DNA of 64,000 nucleotides from the NCBI GenBank assembly GCA_001179505.1, contig CDMY01000446.1, forward strand, positions 10,997 through 74,996, in the 5' to 3' direction. The first letter of the stretch is position 1; every line of letters begins with the position of its first letter. A program made the position numbers and the translations under genes. Origin of the DNA: Vitrella brassicaformis CCMP3155. Taxonomy: Eukaryota > Protista > Chromerida. Below the pieces are notes generated by a model. It worked only from the letters and a program-made list of their open reading frames with translations. It made no database searches and was not told the origin of the DNA. Shown here in pieces: positions 51,424 to 64,000 of this stretch.

Positions 51424-54400
51424 ATGGGCCAGACCGAGGTACGCAACGATGATGCGATGCACAGAGAGGGAAGAACGCATTGTAAATGGCGTTGTTTTGC
51501 TTGTCTGTTGTCATCAGACTCATCGAAAGCGCCGCCCATTTCCCCCCACCACACTGCCCCTCGCCCACCTCAAATGCCGTCCAATCCGCATGCTCATCCG
51601 CACACACCGACACGTACACGCTACTACCCGATAATCAGTACCGAGAGGCGTACTGCCGCGGCAAGAAAATCGAGCCGCTGGGCACGGGTGGCGGTGGTGT
51701 GGGTGTGCTGCGGTGGGGCAAGGCCAAGTGCATGGAAGAGCGGCTCGAGATGGCGCGGAGCCGACCCTCACTCTTCATCTGCGGGAAATATCTCTATGTG
51801 TTCGGTGAGTCATGGAGAAACACGGGGGGTTGGTGCATGCTCCTGGGAGGGTGTGGTAACTCATTGTGGCTGGCGGTGCGTTGGTCCATTGCAGGTGGTG
51901 TGATTGGTGACGGCAACTACAAGAACGACCTTGGCGGTACCCTCACAACACACACGGACACTCACGTCACACCATCTTATGTGTTCCTCCGTCTGTGTGT
52001 CAGTGTGTCAGTCAAGTCGCTGCTGTCGAGCGGCAAGTACAGCTGGCAGGAGTGTGAGGTCCGCGGCACGCCCCCATACGCATCGGACTCACTCACCCTC
52101 ACATCCATCCACATCCCCTCACCCGACACCCCCACAGCCTCATCGCAGCCCCACCTCCCGCACAGATACTTCGCGTGCGGCGGGCCTCTGTCTTCGGACA
52201 ACGGCACGCCCCGTGAGCAGATGTGGGGCGTGTTGGAGATCAGCAAGGAAGAGAAGGAGCAGGAGGGCGAGGGGGCAGGTGGGGCAGAGGGGGCGAGTGA
52301 GAGTGAGCGTGAGATCGAGTATCGCTACCAGTGGGTTTCCAAGCGTGAGCTGAGGGGACAGGAGAACGGTGTGCCGAAGAAACAGAAGACCACTCTGCGG
52401 CTCAAGAGGTGAACCCAGCAGTCATAAGGTGGTCCTCCAGTGTCCATGTGTGTGCATGGCTTGCCATTCTTGTTCCAGGCGCAGGCGCTACTACTTTACT
52501 TCCACGTTTCTGCCCATCCGGTCGACTGAGCACCCCGAAGGCTACGTCTTCATCTTCGGTGGCCGAGCCGACTTTCTCGACCCGGACGACATGAGGTGGG
52601 CTAATGATGTCATGCCGATGTCGACGATTGCTGATGCAGCGACATGGTCATTGGACGGGTATGCAACCGCACACGAGATATCTAGTCGGGTGGGGCCCCA
52701 CCTTGTCTTTTTTTTCTTTTCCTCCTGGCTAGGAGTGACCCTGTGTTTGGTGAGGGACCGGACGGCCGTCTGAATCACACGGCCACCCTCGTCAAGGATC
52801 GCTACGTCTTCATCATCGGCGGACTCCAAGAGGGTAAGCCGAACCAACTTCCTGATGAGCATTGGTGTGATGGTCGGTTTGAACGATGCAGGCGCGCGTT
52901 TCGAGGGCCTGCATCGGGCCAGGTATTTCGATGCGGGCCTCGACATACTCGACGGCAACACCAAAACGTACGGGCGTGAGCCGTCAAGCCACTTCACTTC
53001 ATTTCACTTCACCTCCCCCCGTCGCATCCTCTCGGTCTCGGTCCAGGTGGATTGAGTTCGATGGCCTCCCATGGATTGCTGCCGGCAACAGGCCGGCAGT
53101 CGATGGTGAGTGTGTTCCCCGATGGTGGGAAACACACGTGTGTAGTCGCTTTTGTCCTGTCAGGGGGTGTTGGCGCTTATTTGGAGGATGTGCACATGAC
53201 GGACAAGCGGTACGAGGCCGTCCGGCCATATCCCACTCTGGCGGGCGAATTCGCTCGCCACACAGCTGTGCTGGCGGGTGGGTGGGGTGATTTACATGCA
53301 TCTCTCGATCAGATCAAGGTGTTTCTCTGTCTTAACTGCAGGTGACAAGATCGTCATCATGCTGCCATATGGAGTCAACCAGAACCATGACTTCTGCATG
53401 TACGGCGGCGTCAAGACGGTCATCTTCGACACCAAAACTGGCCGATTCAGCAGGCCGTCCTTCGCCACGCAGCCTCAGAAGATGTGTGCGACCCCACCCC
53501 ACCCCGGCCTGACCCCCCAATCCTCGACGTACGAGCCCCGTGCCGCGTACGAGCCGCCGCCAGGGGCATTCGCAGCTGCCGTGTGGACGGGCAGGTACGC
53601 ACCGCACCCATGCACACACAGGGAGGGATGCATTCCACGATTGTCTGTGTGCCGGTTGCAGTGAGGCTATTTTGTATGGTGGGGCGAGTTTTCTGGATGA
53701 GGACCCTTTCGACGATGGGTCGTACGACCAGAGCAAGTATGCCGACATCAGTGTGCTTGGGGTGATGGATCGCAAGGCGGACGACCAGATTGTGCCCGTA
53801 GACCGACACCAGGAGGTACAGACACACAGGAGAGCATCTCCATCCCCTCGATTGGCTCCATTGGTGCCGTGGTTGTGCAGGTGGCGCCCTTCTGGCGTCG
53901 CTATGTGTGCAACCGCCAGCTGTGGCAGATGGACATATTCGAGGACAACGCCCGCTTCGACATTCTCCTGTGGGACCACCATAAGCTGATCGAGCAGAAG
54001 TGGTATGAGGAGCGGCAGGCCATCGCCGAGAGCAAGGCCAAAGAGAGGGAGCAGCTGAGGGAGAGGGGGGTGGAGGCAGAGATAGAGAGCGCTGAGGGTG
54101 ACGAGTATGAAGGCATGGACGGCTACACGAACAAGGACATAGACGATCATCTGTGCGGGAAGCCGCTGCCGTGCAGCAAGGTCTTCGGCAAACCCACTCG
54201 ACGCACCCGCCACCAAGCCCTCTCCAAATTCTTCACTGTGACTGGGTAGGGCGACACAATAGGAAGACGCCGTCTGTCTAGCTCTCGGTGTGCCATGTGT
54301 GTGTGTGTGTGTGTGTGTTCTGTGCAGCATACTTCGCAGCGACCCCATGCACTGGTGCACACGACACTTGCACATCCTTGTCTGCCTGCTGTTCATCTTC

Positions 54401-54518
54401 TCTCCACTGCAGGACGCTGCCGAAGGATGACTCGCAAGCCGACGCCACACAGACCAAAATCACCACATTCTTCTCACGGTACATCACGCCAACCATGCGC
54501 TCAGACAGGCACCCACAG

Positions 54519-54549
<31 letters not shown>

Positions 54550-54750
54550 CGTTGTGTCCAGCCGTGTTGTGCAGTCATCTCTGAGCGGCAACCACGGGTA
54601 CAGCGGCACCAAGATAAAGAGATCCAATCGGTGAGTGGGTCGGTTCTCAGCGAAAACAGCTCAGCTGAGCTGACCAGATGGAGGATTGCTCTGTCATGGG
54701 ATGTCCATGCCTTTCCTGCAGCAGCTGAGCCCGGCGGAGGAAGGCAGCAC
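51424..54750 (+). CDS. Kelch-repeat protein; start and end uncertain
   Basis: ARSRPSLFICGKYLYVFG, YVFIFGGR, DGRLNHTATLVKDRYVFIIGG, EFARHTAVLAGDKIVIM, EAILYGG. Confidence 0.7.
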
Positions 54751-55769
54751 ATGCGGGTGGGGTGGGCTGGTCACTATCGCAGCCAGCCAAGCGGAGTCGT
54801 ACCCTCATTGTAAATGAACAGTAGCTACCTTGCATCCACCTGTCCGTGTCTATGTGTGTGCGCGTGATCTTGACGGTTTTGACACGATTCAGCGTCAATG
54901 TCGATGTCAACGGTCTGTACGCAAGTATGCGACACGGCTTGGCTGTCTCGTTGGTCGCCGCGGACGCCGTCTGAGACGTCCTCGGAACCAGCCAATGCCA
55001 ACACCCACGGGAGCCAGAGTCGCATTCATCGATCAGATCATCAATACCAGCCACTTCACGAATACCTTCCGCCCCGCAACTCTCTTACACACGCAGCCAG
55101 CCAGGCAGGCAGGCAGCCAGGCCAACTGTTACGTACGCACTTGAGACAGACAGACAGACCAGCAGCGATTCAAACCATCTACCACTCACGATGGCCTGTC
55201 TACCCGAACCCAACACATAACATGCAGCCACCCCCAGCCAGCCCATCACACCACACGTCGCTCACTACTCTGCCTGCTTGTACTCGGGTTTTCCTTCGTG
55301 CAGAGTCGGATTTCGGTGGACTCAACCGCATCGACATATTCGATGGCGAGACAAAGACGTGAGACACAAGAGGATGAGACGAGATGAGGAGAGGGTTTCG
55401 ATTGCTGCAGGTGGATTGCGTTTGATGAGCTGCCGTGGGTCGACGAGGGCATGGTCCCATCGCAAGACGGTCAGTGAGGCTGGATGAAGGGTTGTACCTC
55501 TGCGACTTCGAGTGCCACACGGCCGTTCTGGCAGGTCAGAAGAGGGCAGACAAAACAATATAGGGGCGTGCCACGTCGTGCATGCGATTGATACACACAC
55601 ATATCCGTCCGTCTGTGTGGGCATTGTGGCCTGCAGCGGAGTACGAGTTCTTGCAGGCCCCAATTGATGATGGATGTATGACTCGTGTGCACCATGAGAC
55701 TTTGCAACCTCGATCGACATTCACGAAACATCGCATCAATCTGTATCTCAGCCGAAGATCCGTCCATCA

Positions 55770-58330
55770 TTACGTCACCCATCCATCACCCTTCTCGCCA
55801 CACGGCGGCACTGTCCTCTCATTCACGTCCATTTTCCGGCCTCTGAAAGTCCACACCGTCTCTCGCTCCTCATATCCACACACACTCGTGTCGTTGCGCC
55901 CGCCATTGCTCACGGGCGCCTTGCGATTAATTCGCACAATGCGGCCCGCCAGAGTGGCGTCCTTGTGAGCTGATGGCAGTGGCCGTCCCTTTCTGCTCTC
56001 CTCGCTGCAGCCAGACTTCCGGATGCCGAAGCACGGTGAGCGCGGTGGCGACTCAAAGCCTTCTTTCTTGGGTGGTTTATAGGCTAGGCGAGCTGCTGGC
56101 TGCGGGGAGACGTATGGATCCAGCTTGACGAAGGCATAATGAGGGAGGGGCGAGGGCCTGCTGGGCTGTTCTTGGTATGCGATGCTCGACTCATCGGTCT
56201 GTGCTGCTGTGTCTGCAGTCGTGGACCGGGTGCTGCGTCGGTCCCCCTCTGACATCGTCAGGGCCGGCCTGCACACAGGGCGGGTGCGTGTCTCATCCTT
56301 CGTTTCTATATGTCTTCGTTTTGTGCATGCTGACCTCTTGATCCATGAGGTGAATGCCTCGTCCAGCACACCAATGTCGCTCCTGAGCCGCTCCTCCGTC
56401 CTGGAGGGCCGTGTCTCCTCCTCTCTCTTCATCTCTGCGTACTGGATGCTCGTAAAGCCCTGAAGTCTCTGTCTCCGCAGCTCGTCGGCACCATGAGAAG
56501 ACATTGTTACGTGCGTTCTCGTGGAGCCATCCGCCCTGTCATCTTTGTGCCGCTGTGGGGGGACACGCCATTGATCTCTCTGTTGAATCACAGTTGGTTG
56601 ATTGTTGTGCTCCTGCACGGCGCGCTGCGGTCTTGTTGGTCCTTGACGCCTCCATTGATCCAGCTGTGCCTCCCTGCTCAAGCCGTAGCGTGGCGGACAT
56701 GGCCTGTCATAAGCGGACCGACAGTGTGACACCTACAGATTCATACAATACACAAAGCAATTTCTAATGAATGCACATGGCGGTCCGCCATGAACGCAAT
56801 AAAAACCTCTCGCTGTGGCATGAAGGGTGCTCTTGCGATGGGAACACGCGAGTAGGGACGGCGAGGCCATCCAGCTCCATCCATGCTCGAATCACACCGG
56901 TATGGCGCAGCGGAGTCATTGTCTCTTCCTGGACCGCCCCGCCTGTTGTCCAGCTCAACAACACGGCTGTCTCTCCCTTCCTGTCTCTCTCCTGGCAGGC
57001 TACGCTCATAAGGCATCTGCGGACGAGGGAAGTCGCCAAGGGACTCTTCATGCTGATGCTCTCTGCGCTGAGCGGATGGGCAATACCCGCTTTCCTGAGC
57101 CGCGAGTCTCTTGTGCGGCTGTTTTGGCGACGAAATGCCACGTGGTGGATCTTTGGCCCTCTCGCATGCCTCCCCAAGCCCTTGTTGCATCTGCCGGTCC
57201 TGACTTCTTCGTGACTGTCTTTCGACGAGCCGAAGGCGAGAGGCTTCGGGGTACACTCGCGGCTTCAAAGATTTCATATGTGGGCGCTCCGCATAGTGTG
57301 GGTCTTGTTTGTGTCTGCGGAAGCTCTCGGAGCCGTCCAGAGGCACAAAGGCAGCCTCCAGGGCCGACATGGGCTTGCTGTGGTGCTCGTCGGCTTGTAC
57401 GTGGTGTCCCACAGGAAACCCGTTGCTGTATCGGAAGGCCATGTGTCTGTCCTCCTCCTCTCGATACTGAATGTCGCCAGTAGTATGTTGGTGGTGGCTG
57501 CGGCCCGGTTCGATCTTCGATTGAACGGGTGAGCAGTATGCGGCTTCCGTTGGTTTCTCTTCGATCGATCCGAACATGCCTGAGACGACGCAGGGCACAC
57601 AAACGGGTTTGGTAAGCAGGGGACAAAGGGATGGCAAACGCATACGCACCTTTGGTGTAAAGCGATGTCCTCTCGAGCGCCATGCACCTCTGACAGAGCA
57701 CCTCCCCCACGTCCCTAGCCTGAGATGGGGACTGCACCGCCACATCCCGCTGTTCCCTCATCTTCGGGAACTCTCGAACAGGTCCTCGCGATGCCACAGA
57801 AGGGGCTGCCTTAGATGCATGCTGCGAAGAGGGACGAAGGGAGTGAGTCTTGGTCCCGCGGCCCTTGTCGCTTTGTTGTGGCTTGTGCGACGGCACGGGG
57901 GACACTTCGATTGCCGGCCGATGCCGCGATTGCACACCCGTACACTCGACCATCGGCTCGTCACTCTCGGGGCTAAGACCGCCCAGACTTGACGTGACGA
58001 AGCTCTCGTCTCTGTCTCCGGCGGGCATCTTGGGCGCTGGCGCCACCTTCATCTTGCAAAACGGCACCAGAGGCGGCCGGATCGCTGGGGCTGGCTGGGA
58101 GGGGCAAACGTAGAGAGCTCGTCCATGCTGGGGCGTCAGACTCTGTGTCGGGATCAATGTCACCCAAGGCTGCTGGGGCACCAGGCGTGATTGACCAAGC
58201 GTCACATACTGCGATGATTGCGGGGATGGCTGCCATGTCGTCTGATGAGTGCAACAAGGCGGTGCAGACGCCAAGACGCTTGCCAAGACGCATGATCCGG
58301 TTCGAAAGCTACTCGCCTGGGCGTGGGTGG
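55770..58330 (-). CDS. Hypothetical low-complexity (Ser/Pro/Arg/Glu) multi-exon protein
   Basis: Long ORFs 57048-58424, 56741-57745 and 55770-56732 with plausible GT-AG junctions; no family recognised. Confidence 0.45.
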
Positions 58331-58724
58331 TCGTGTGCTGGGGTGGCCGTACCTGCACCACAGTAGCAAAAGGCCGCATTTGCCTCGCGTCAAACTTTGC
58401 CCCCCGTCTCGCCCCCAGAGGCATGCGTTTACAAGCTGGCCGGAGGATGTTACTGAATCAGATTGGATACATCCACGCACACGGCATTATCCGTCCGTCC
58501 ATCCATCCATCCATCCATCTGTACGTGCGCACGACACCAAGCAACGCATACCCCTGATGGACTCCCACATCCGTGCTGTCGTGGCTTGACGAGAGGATGG
58601 GTGGGCCGCTTGCTTGGCTGTTCGCCGGCCGGGGAGCGCTGCGCTGCGCTGCGCTGCGCTGTGTGGTTTGTGGTGTCTACACCAGGGACACTGGTCTTGT
58701 GAGGTGGGGGGAAGGCCACACTGC

Positions 58725-59857
58725 TTATGCTGGTGGCTTCATGAGACTTGCGAGCCTCCAGAACTCAACACTGTCAGCTCCATCGCCATCACACAGCAGC
58801 CCGCCCCTTCCCACCATGCGTATCCTTGCTGGAGGGGGCGGCAGCCTCTCCATAGCAAACCATGGCCTCGCGGGAGGCCAGCAGCTGCCGCCGCTGTCGC
58901 CTGCAGCAGCCGCAGTGGCTCTCTCGATGTCGGCCGATGCATCCACGTAGGTGTCGAGGAAGTGGGCGGCAAATACATCAGTAGGGCACTCGTCGGCCGG
59001 GCCGGCATAGGTGAGGCGCATGTCGTGTGCGATGATGATGGTGGCTGACGGGTTGAGCGTCGCGAGAGTCAGCAGCACGCGAGCCAGGGCGTCGGTGCCG
59101 TCGAAGTCGTACAGCACTGATGACCACAGAAACACAGCACAGCCACACAGCCACAGAAACACAGCACTGATGGTCACAGCCACACACAATTGACCATGCA
59201 TCATTGCGGATTGATGGGGGCCTGCTCACCATCCGACGCGACGATGAGGTCCAAGCCGCCACCAAGCACGTCAAGCTCGTCGTCGGTCCAACAGAACTCA
59301 GCGGGAACACTCTCGTGCCCTTGCTTCCCCGCCAGTAGCCCTTCACGCCACCGACATGGTGCAGCATCCGCAAGAGCACACCAATCGAAATACCTCATAG
59401 CAGGAAAGTCAATGTGACGCTGCATCTCTCCTGCCGCCCTTGTCACATTGGTGTGGGCGACCCTGAGGCTGTCAAGACAGCAATCAGTGAGGAAGAGACG
59501 GCGCGGGGATCTCTGACAACCAGCAGCAACAATCAGAGATCCCAGGAAGCCCACCCCACATCCAAGCTCCAACATAGCCGTGTCGCTGCTGATGTATGGC
59601 ACTGCAAGCAGGAGGTCTCCGAGCCGCAGAGCCGCCCGCCATAACGAGACGCTGACCGTCGACAGGTCCACAGAGGAAGGCTCGGCTGCTCTGGGCGCCG
59701 ATAAGACCGAGAAGCGAGCTGCATGGGCACCTCGGAATGGACGAGGCAGGTCGAGGTCACCGTCGGCATCTCCAAACATGGCAACATCACCATGGCTGCC
59801 TTTGTCGGGTTCGGAAAGTGCCACGTCGAAGAAGATCTCTTCTTTTTCCACATCCAT
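58725..59857 (-). CDS. METTL22: METTL22-like class I protein methyltransferase (Methyltransf_16)
   Basis: DADGDLDLPRP, LSTVSVSLWRAALRLGDLL, MLELGCGVGF, LFLTD, RYFDW, FCWTDDELDVL, LIVASD|VLYD. Confidence 0.75.
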
Positions 59858-59955
59858 GGCTACCCGCGCCAGCGAAACCGCCTCCTGGTGGCCCCTCCTG
59901 GCTGGCCCGTTTCTCAGCTCGCGGAAGCTGCGAGCTAAGCGAGCAGGCTCCAGCG

Positions 59956-61241
59956 ATGGAACTGCTGAAATCTGTGAGGAGTGCTGCTGAGCAAGCAGCA
60001 TCGCGAGTGAGCCACAATCTTCCGGCTTTCCGGCCTCTGCCGCAAGACGACAGCTCAAACCATGCGAGTTCAGCCATTCCTGACAACCCCGATGAATGCA
60101 GGCAGTGCCGCTGTACCTTCGGCGTCTTCAACCCTCGATTGGCATGTCCATTCTGTGACCACGTGAGCAGAGGCCAAGACACACACACCGTTTGAGAGAT
60201 GCTGCCTGACATTGCTGCTGTGTGTTTTCTCTCTCCCTGTAGTTCTATTGTGGGCGCCACTATGGTCCAGGAAGGGCTCTCATCAAGTGCATTCAGGACA
60301 GGGGCTGCAAACAGTGTGCTGACCGGGCGGCGATAAGGGCTTCCTTCTTTTCCTCGACGCTGCCTGTGTTGGAGGCGGGAACGACCTGCATGCTCCATCG
60401 CCAGCGGCCCGTCGCCGTGTGGATATCGCTCGACACGCCATCAGCTGAGGTGCAGCTGCGTCATGTTCGCACAGGTGACACAGTGCTCTTTCGTCCTCTT
60501 GCTGGTTGCTTTTGTCGACCAGGTCCGGTGGCGGACGATGGAAATGCGAAGCATGAAGCCTGTCGAAAGCGGAGCAGTTCACCTCTCACACATATCGCGG
60601 ATCGACGACACCTACAGTGAGCCAACAGGGAGAAGGGGATAGGATAGCGCTGGAGAGCGGCCGTCTGTTTCTGTTGATTTCATTGGGTTCTCAGCGTCGC
60701 CGAACAGTATGGTGATCAACAGCAAGACTGGCGCGCCACTGCCACTGGAGTTCACCTCATATGGTGACTGGAAGGACTGGCTGGAGGTGAGAGCGGTGTA
60801 GCTTAGCTAGCCATACCGCATGTGCTCCATCCAGTCCGGTGCATGTTATTCCCTTGACACGTTTCAGGGTGTGAGGCTTGCTGTCGAGTTGCTGGTGCCT
60901 GAGCAGGAGAAGCAGCAAATCGAGGTAGGTATTCAGGGTTGCACTGCATACGACGCAGGCGTGCTCTCCATGCACTTCGTTATGCTGTGTGCCCCTGTCC
61001 GTCCGTCCAGGCGTCTCGTCAGCGTGCGCGTGAGGACGGACTGGAGGAGAGGCAAAGGGAAAGGGAAGAGCGCAAGAAGAAATATCTGGCCACAGGTCAG
61101 TCAGAACGCATACACGCATGCTTCAGCAATTGCAAGAAAGCTAGGGGGAAAGAATGGTCGGTTGGTTGGTTGGCTGCACTGCATGCAGGGATGGGTATGC
61201 GGTTCACAGCTGAGGCTATGGCCCAGCGAGGAGCATCGTGA
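59956..61241 (+). CDS. FYVE-like zinc finger + probable PH-like domain + coiled-coil tail
   Basis: CRQCRCTFGVFNPRLACPFCDH|FYCGRH...GCKQC; VRWRTME...HISRIDD, MVINSKTGAPLPLEFTSYGDWKDWLE; ERQREREERKKKY; stop at 61241. Confidence 0.65.
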
Positions 61242-62090
61242 TGACGTTACGATATGCTGACACACCGGCCATGTCTGTCTGTTGCTGTCTGCTGTGTGGT
61301 GGGCTGCTGTGATATAATTCGCTCTTGTACAGCTGCTCTGCTGGAGGAGTGTTTGGGAGGGAGGGGTCATGTTTTTCGATAGATAGGACACGGGCAGTGA
61401 ACTTTACTGGGGGTGCAGCATTCATCAATTCGATAAGCTGGCTGGGCTGGGTGTGCAAAAGGGCTGAGTGTCTGTGTCTGTCTGTCTGTCTGTATGCATG
61501 CATGCATGCATGTGAGTATGCGATGCGATGCGTGGGCGGATGGGATGCAGACAGACAGACAGACACGAAACACTCCAGTCCATGGCATGAACGGGAGTGA
61601 GCGAGTCAGACAGTCGGTCCATCCATCGCCTGCAACCCATGCTACTACCTGTACAGATGCGTGGGAGGGTGCCGACTAATCCATAGGTAGCTTGGCGCCG
61701 CGTTACCTGCCATCTGAAGAGGCTCATGTGCGAGCTACACTTCCTTAGGGTCGACTGAAACTGGCGGCCAGTAAGACCACCACTTCATATATGAGTTGCA
61801 TGAGATGGAGCAGTGGGTGCTTGACGCTGACTTGTCAGACTAGCACCCACTGCTCCATGGGAAGGGCAGATAGGCCTTGTGCATGCATTCTGCATGTGCC
61901 TGTTGCCTGTTTGGTGTGTGCTGTGGACAGAGAAGATGCCTGGTTGCGCCGGAAGGTAGCGCCGGGCTTAGGGACAGGTGTCTCGTCAAACCCTTAACCA
62001 ACCAACCAACTTCAAACAAACAGAATCAACTCCTTTCGCTTCTCGGCATCTTTCAGGCGCTTGCGATCTGTCACCTGAGTTGCTGTCACG

Positions 62091-62531
62091 ATGTTTGCGT
62101 TGGACTGGATCTGGGGAGGTGCCAACATGCTCAACAACATCCGCAACCGCGGCGTCAAAGAGACCGAGAACGAAAAGAAGCTCCGCCAGCTGCAGGCCAA
62201 GGAGGGTTCCGGCTCCTGCGCCGACGGCATGGCCCGCCGCTCCACGGCCATGGCCGAGGGCATGATCACCTACGCGCCGCTCGGACAGTAAGCACCCGAG
62301 GGAGGGAGAAGGCAGGCCTGTGGGATGATGGGCACACCGCTCGCACTCGTGTCTCACCCTCACCTCTGCCGTTTCGTCCGTGCTGTGGGTGTCAGCATCG
62401 AGAACTCCTACTTCTACAAGTTCATGGGACGCAACTCCACCATGCGCGCCGAGGGGTACGCAAGACCACACACACGCACTCACAGGATCACGTATGTCTC
62501 ACCTGCCTGTGGGATGATGACGCTCTCTCCG

Positions 62532-62564
<33 letters not shown>

Positions 62565-62765
62565 TGTCTGTGTGTGTGTGTCTGTAGCAACGCGGTGGTT
62601 GAGACGTACGAGAAGGCCAAGGATTACATCGACCACCACAAGGGCGACTACAAGCCTGGCCGGGAGGGCAGCATGCTCAACCACTTCCCCAAGCGCAAGG
62701 GCAGCCAGGAGGACGTCTCCCGCAAGGGCAGCCAGGAGGAGGTCTCCAACATGCCCGCTGCCTAA
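62091..62765 (+). CDS. Small hypothetical protein (~145 aa, 3 exons)
   Basis: MFALDWIWGG...APLGH|IENSYFYKFMGRNSTMRAEG|NAVVETYEKAKDY...RKGSQEDVSRKGSQEEVSNMPAA*; strongly C/G-ending codons and clean splice sites. Confidence 0.75.
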
Positions 62766-64000
62766 GGTCCGCACCCAACGAGAGGGCCACAACCACGCAC
62801 CTATGGTGTGGTGTTTGTCGTGTGGCCTCTTCCAGGCCGTGAAACGAAGCAGCTCACTCATCGACGAGAGAGATGACCGATGCAATGCATGATGAGAGAT
62901 TGAGAGAGGTCCTCGTGTCTTCTTCATGTCATGGTGCTTTGTGCCCATTCTCACACACGCGCATGGAGAAATGAACTGATTCGATGTTTTTCGCCCCGCA
63001 CCGCACGGACCGGAGAGCGCCGGATACGAAGCTTGTTGCTGCCTGTAGAGTGTCGCTGCGTGTGTGCAAGTGCTGTGTATTGCCGCTCCTTGCGTGTTGT
63101 GTGTTGTGTTGAGATTCCATGCGATCTACACTGGCGCGGCGGCGAGCCATGCCATGCTGGCCTGATGCATGTGAGTGAGTGAGTGAGGACGGCGACTTCC
63201 TCAGTCGCTCTCCTGCGCCTCCTGTGTCTGCTGTGTTGTACCTGACCTGACGTGACGCTGCCGAATCATGCACGAGTGTGATCCTCACGGCATCCACGAT
63301 GGTGTGTCTTGCAACTGGCTGACTGAGATGTATGTTTTTTTCTCGGCCCGTCCACGTGCTGCATCTGACTGACATGCCTTCCTCTATATTCTATCCACTG
63401 TGATACACAATACACAATTGGAGCTCTCCATGTACGTCCATTGAGAGAGATGCCTTGCCTTGCCTTACCTGTAGAGAGAGATACATGTTGGTTGATGCAA
63501 TGCAATCTGCATGTGGGTGTGGGGGCGGAGGGGAGGTGCGTGGCATGTTGGCTGCATTGCGTGTTTGGATCGGGTCGAGGTATGGCTGTTTTGGCCCGCC
63601 CTTCTTGCGTTGCGTTGCTTGCGTGTTTGCTGTGCGTATCGCTACGAGGAAGGAAGCTGACCGTGACTAGTTGCGTGAGTGTTGAGCTGTGATTTTTCCC
63701 ACCACACCATACTGGCAATGAGGGCGGACGATGACGGCCTACGTAGAGCCTGTCAGTCTTGCCGATCTGGGTTGGGGAGCAGTGGGCAAATGAGCAGGCT
63801 GGTTTGTCTCTTCCTTTGGTCCGTTCCTGCATTCAGCTGCCATTTTTCCGACTCTCTTCCGAACACACAACACAGGGCATCACGCAATCACACAGAGACG
63901 TGGATGGAATGTGGCTGCGTGAGACAGAAAACTACCCAGCTGGCTGTTGAGGCATGGGGGTGGATGTGGCATGCACACTGTGACGGCCATGCAGGGGGGG

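Overview
Intron-rich, GC-rich eukaryotic DNA. Short GT-AG introns full of (GT)n/(AGAC)n repeats and the gene content suggest a chromerid alveolate such as Vitrella (inference from sequence style, no search run). Recognisable genes: the 3' end of a CDPK-like EF-hand gene, an NmrA-like oxidoreductase, eIF5B, a truncated CCA-adding enzyme, a PKD2-like channel, a NUMOD4/HNH endonuclease, RPS6, an LZTR1-like Kelch-BTB gene, a secreted Arg/Gly-rich + knottin + SBP_bac_3 protein, HslU, a myristoylated EF-hand protein, a Kelch protein, a METTL22-like methyltransferase and a FYVE protein. There are also several lineage-specific F-box-like genes, most carrying lesions. Main discoveries: (1) a ~2.1 kb intron-containing gene cassette present twice, each time inside a ~150-180 bp head-to-head promoter, starting at its own ATG and ending in a palindrome; (2) an 8-mer, TGCGAGCT, found in all six divergent promoters; (3) an unusual secreted knottin/solute-binding fusion; (4) a double-HNH endonuclease with a spliceosomal intron. 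Exon boundaries were read by eye and are approximate.
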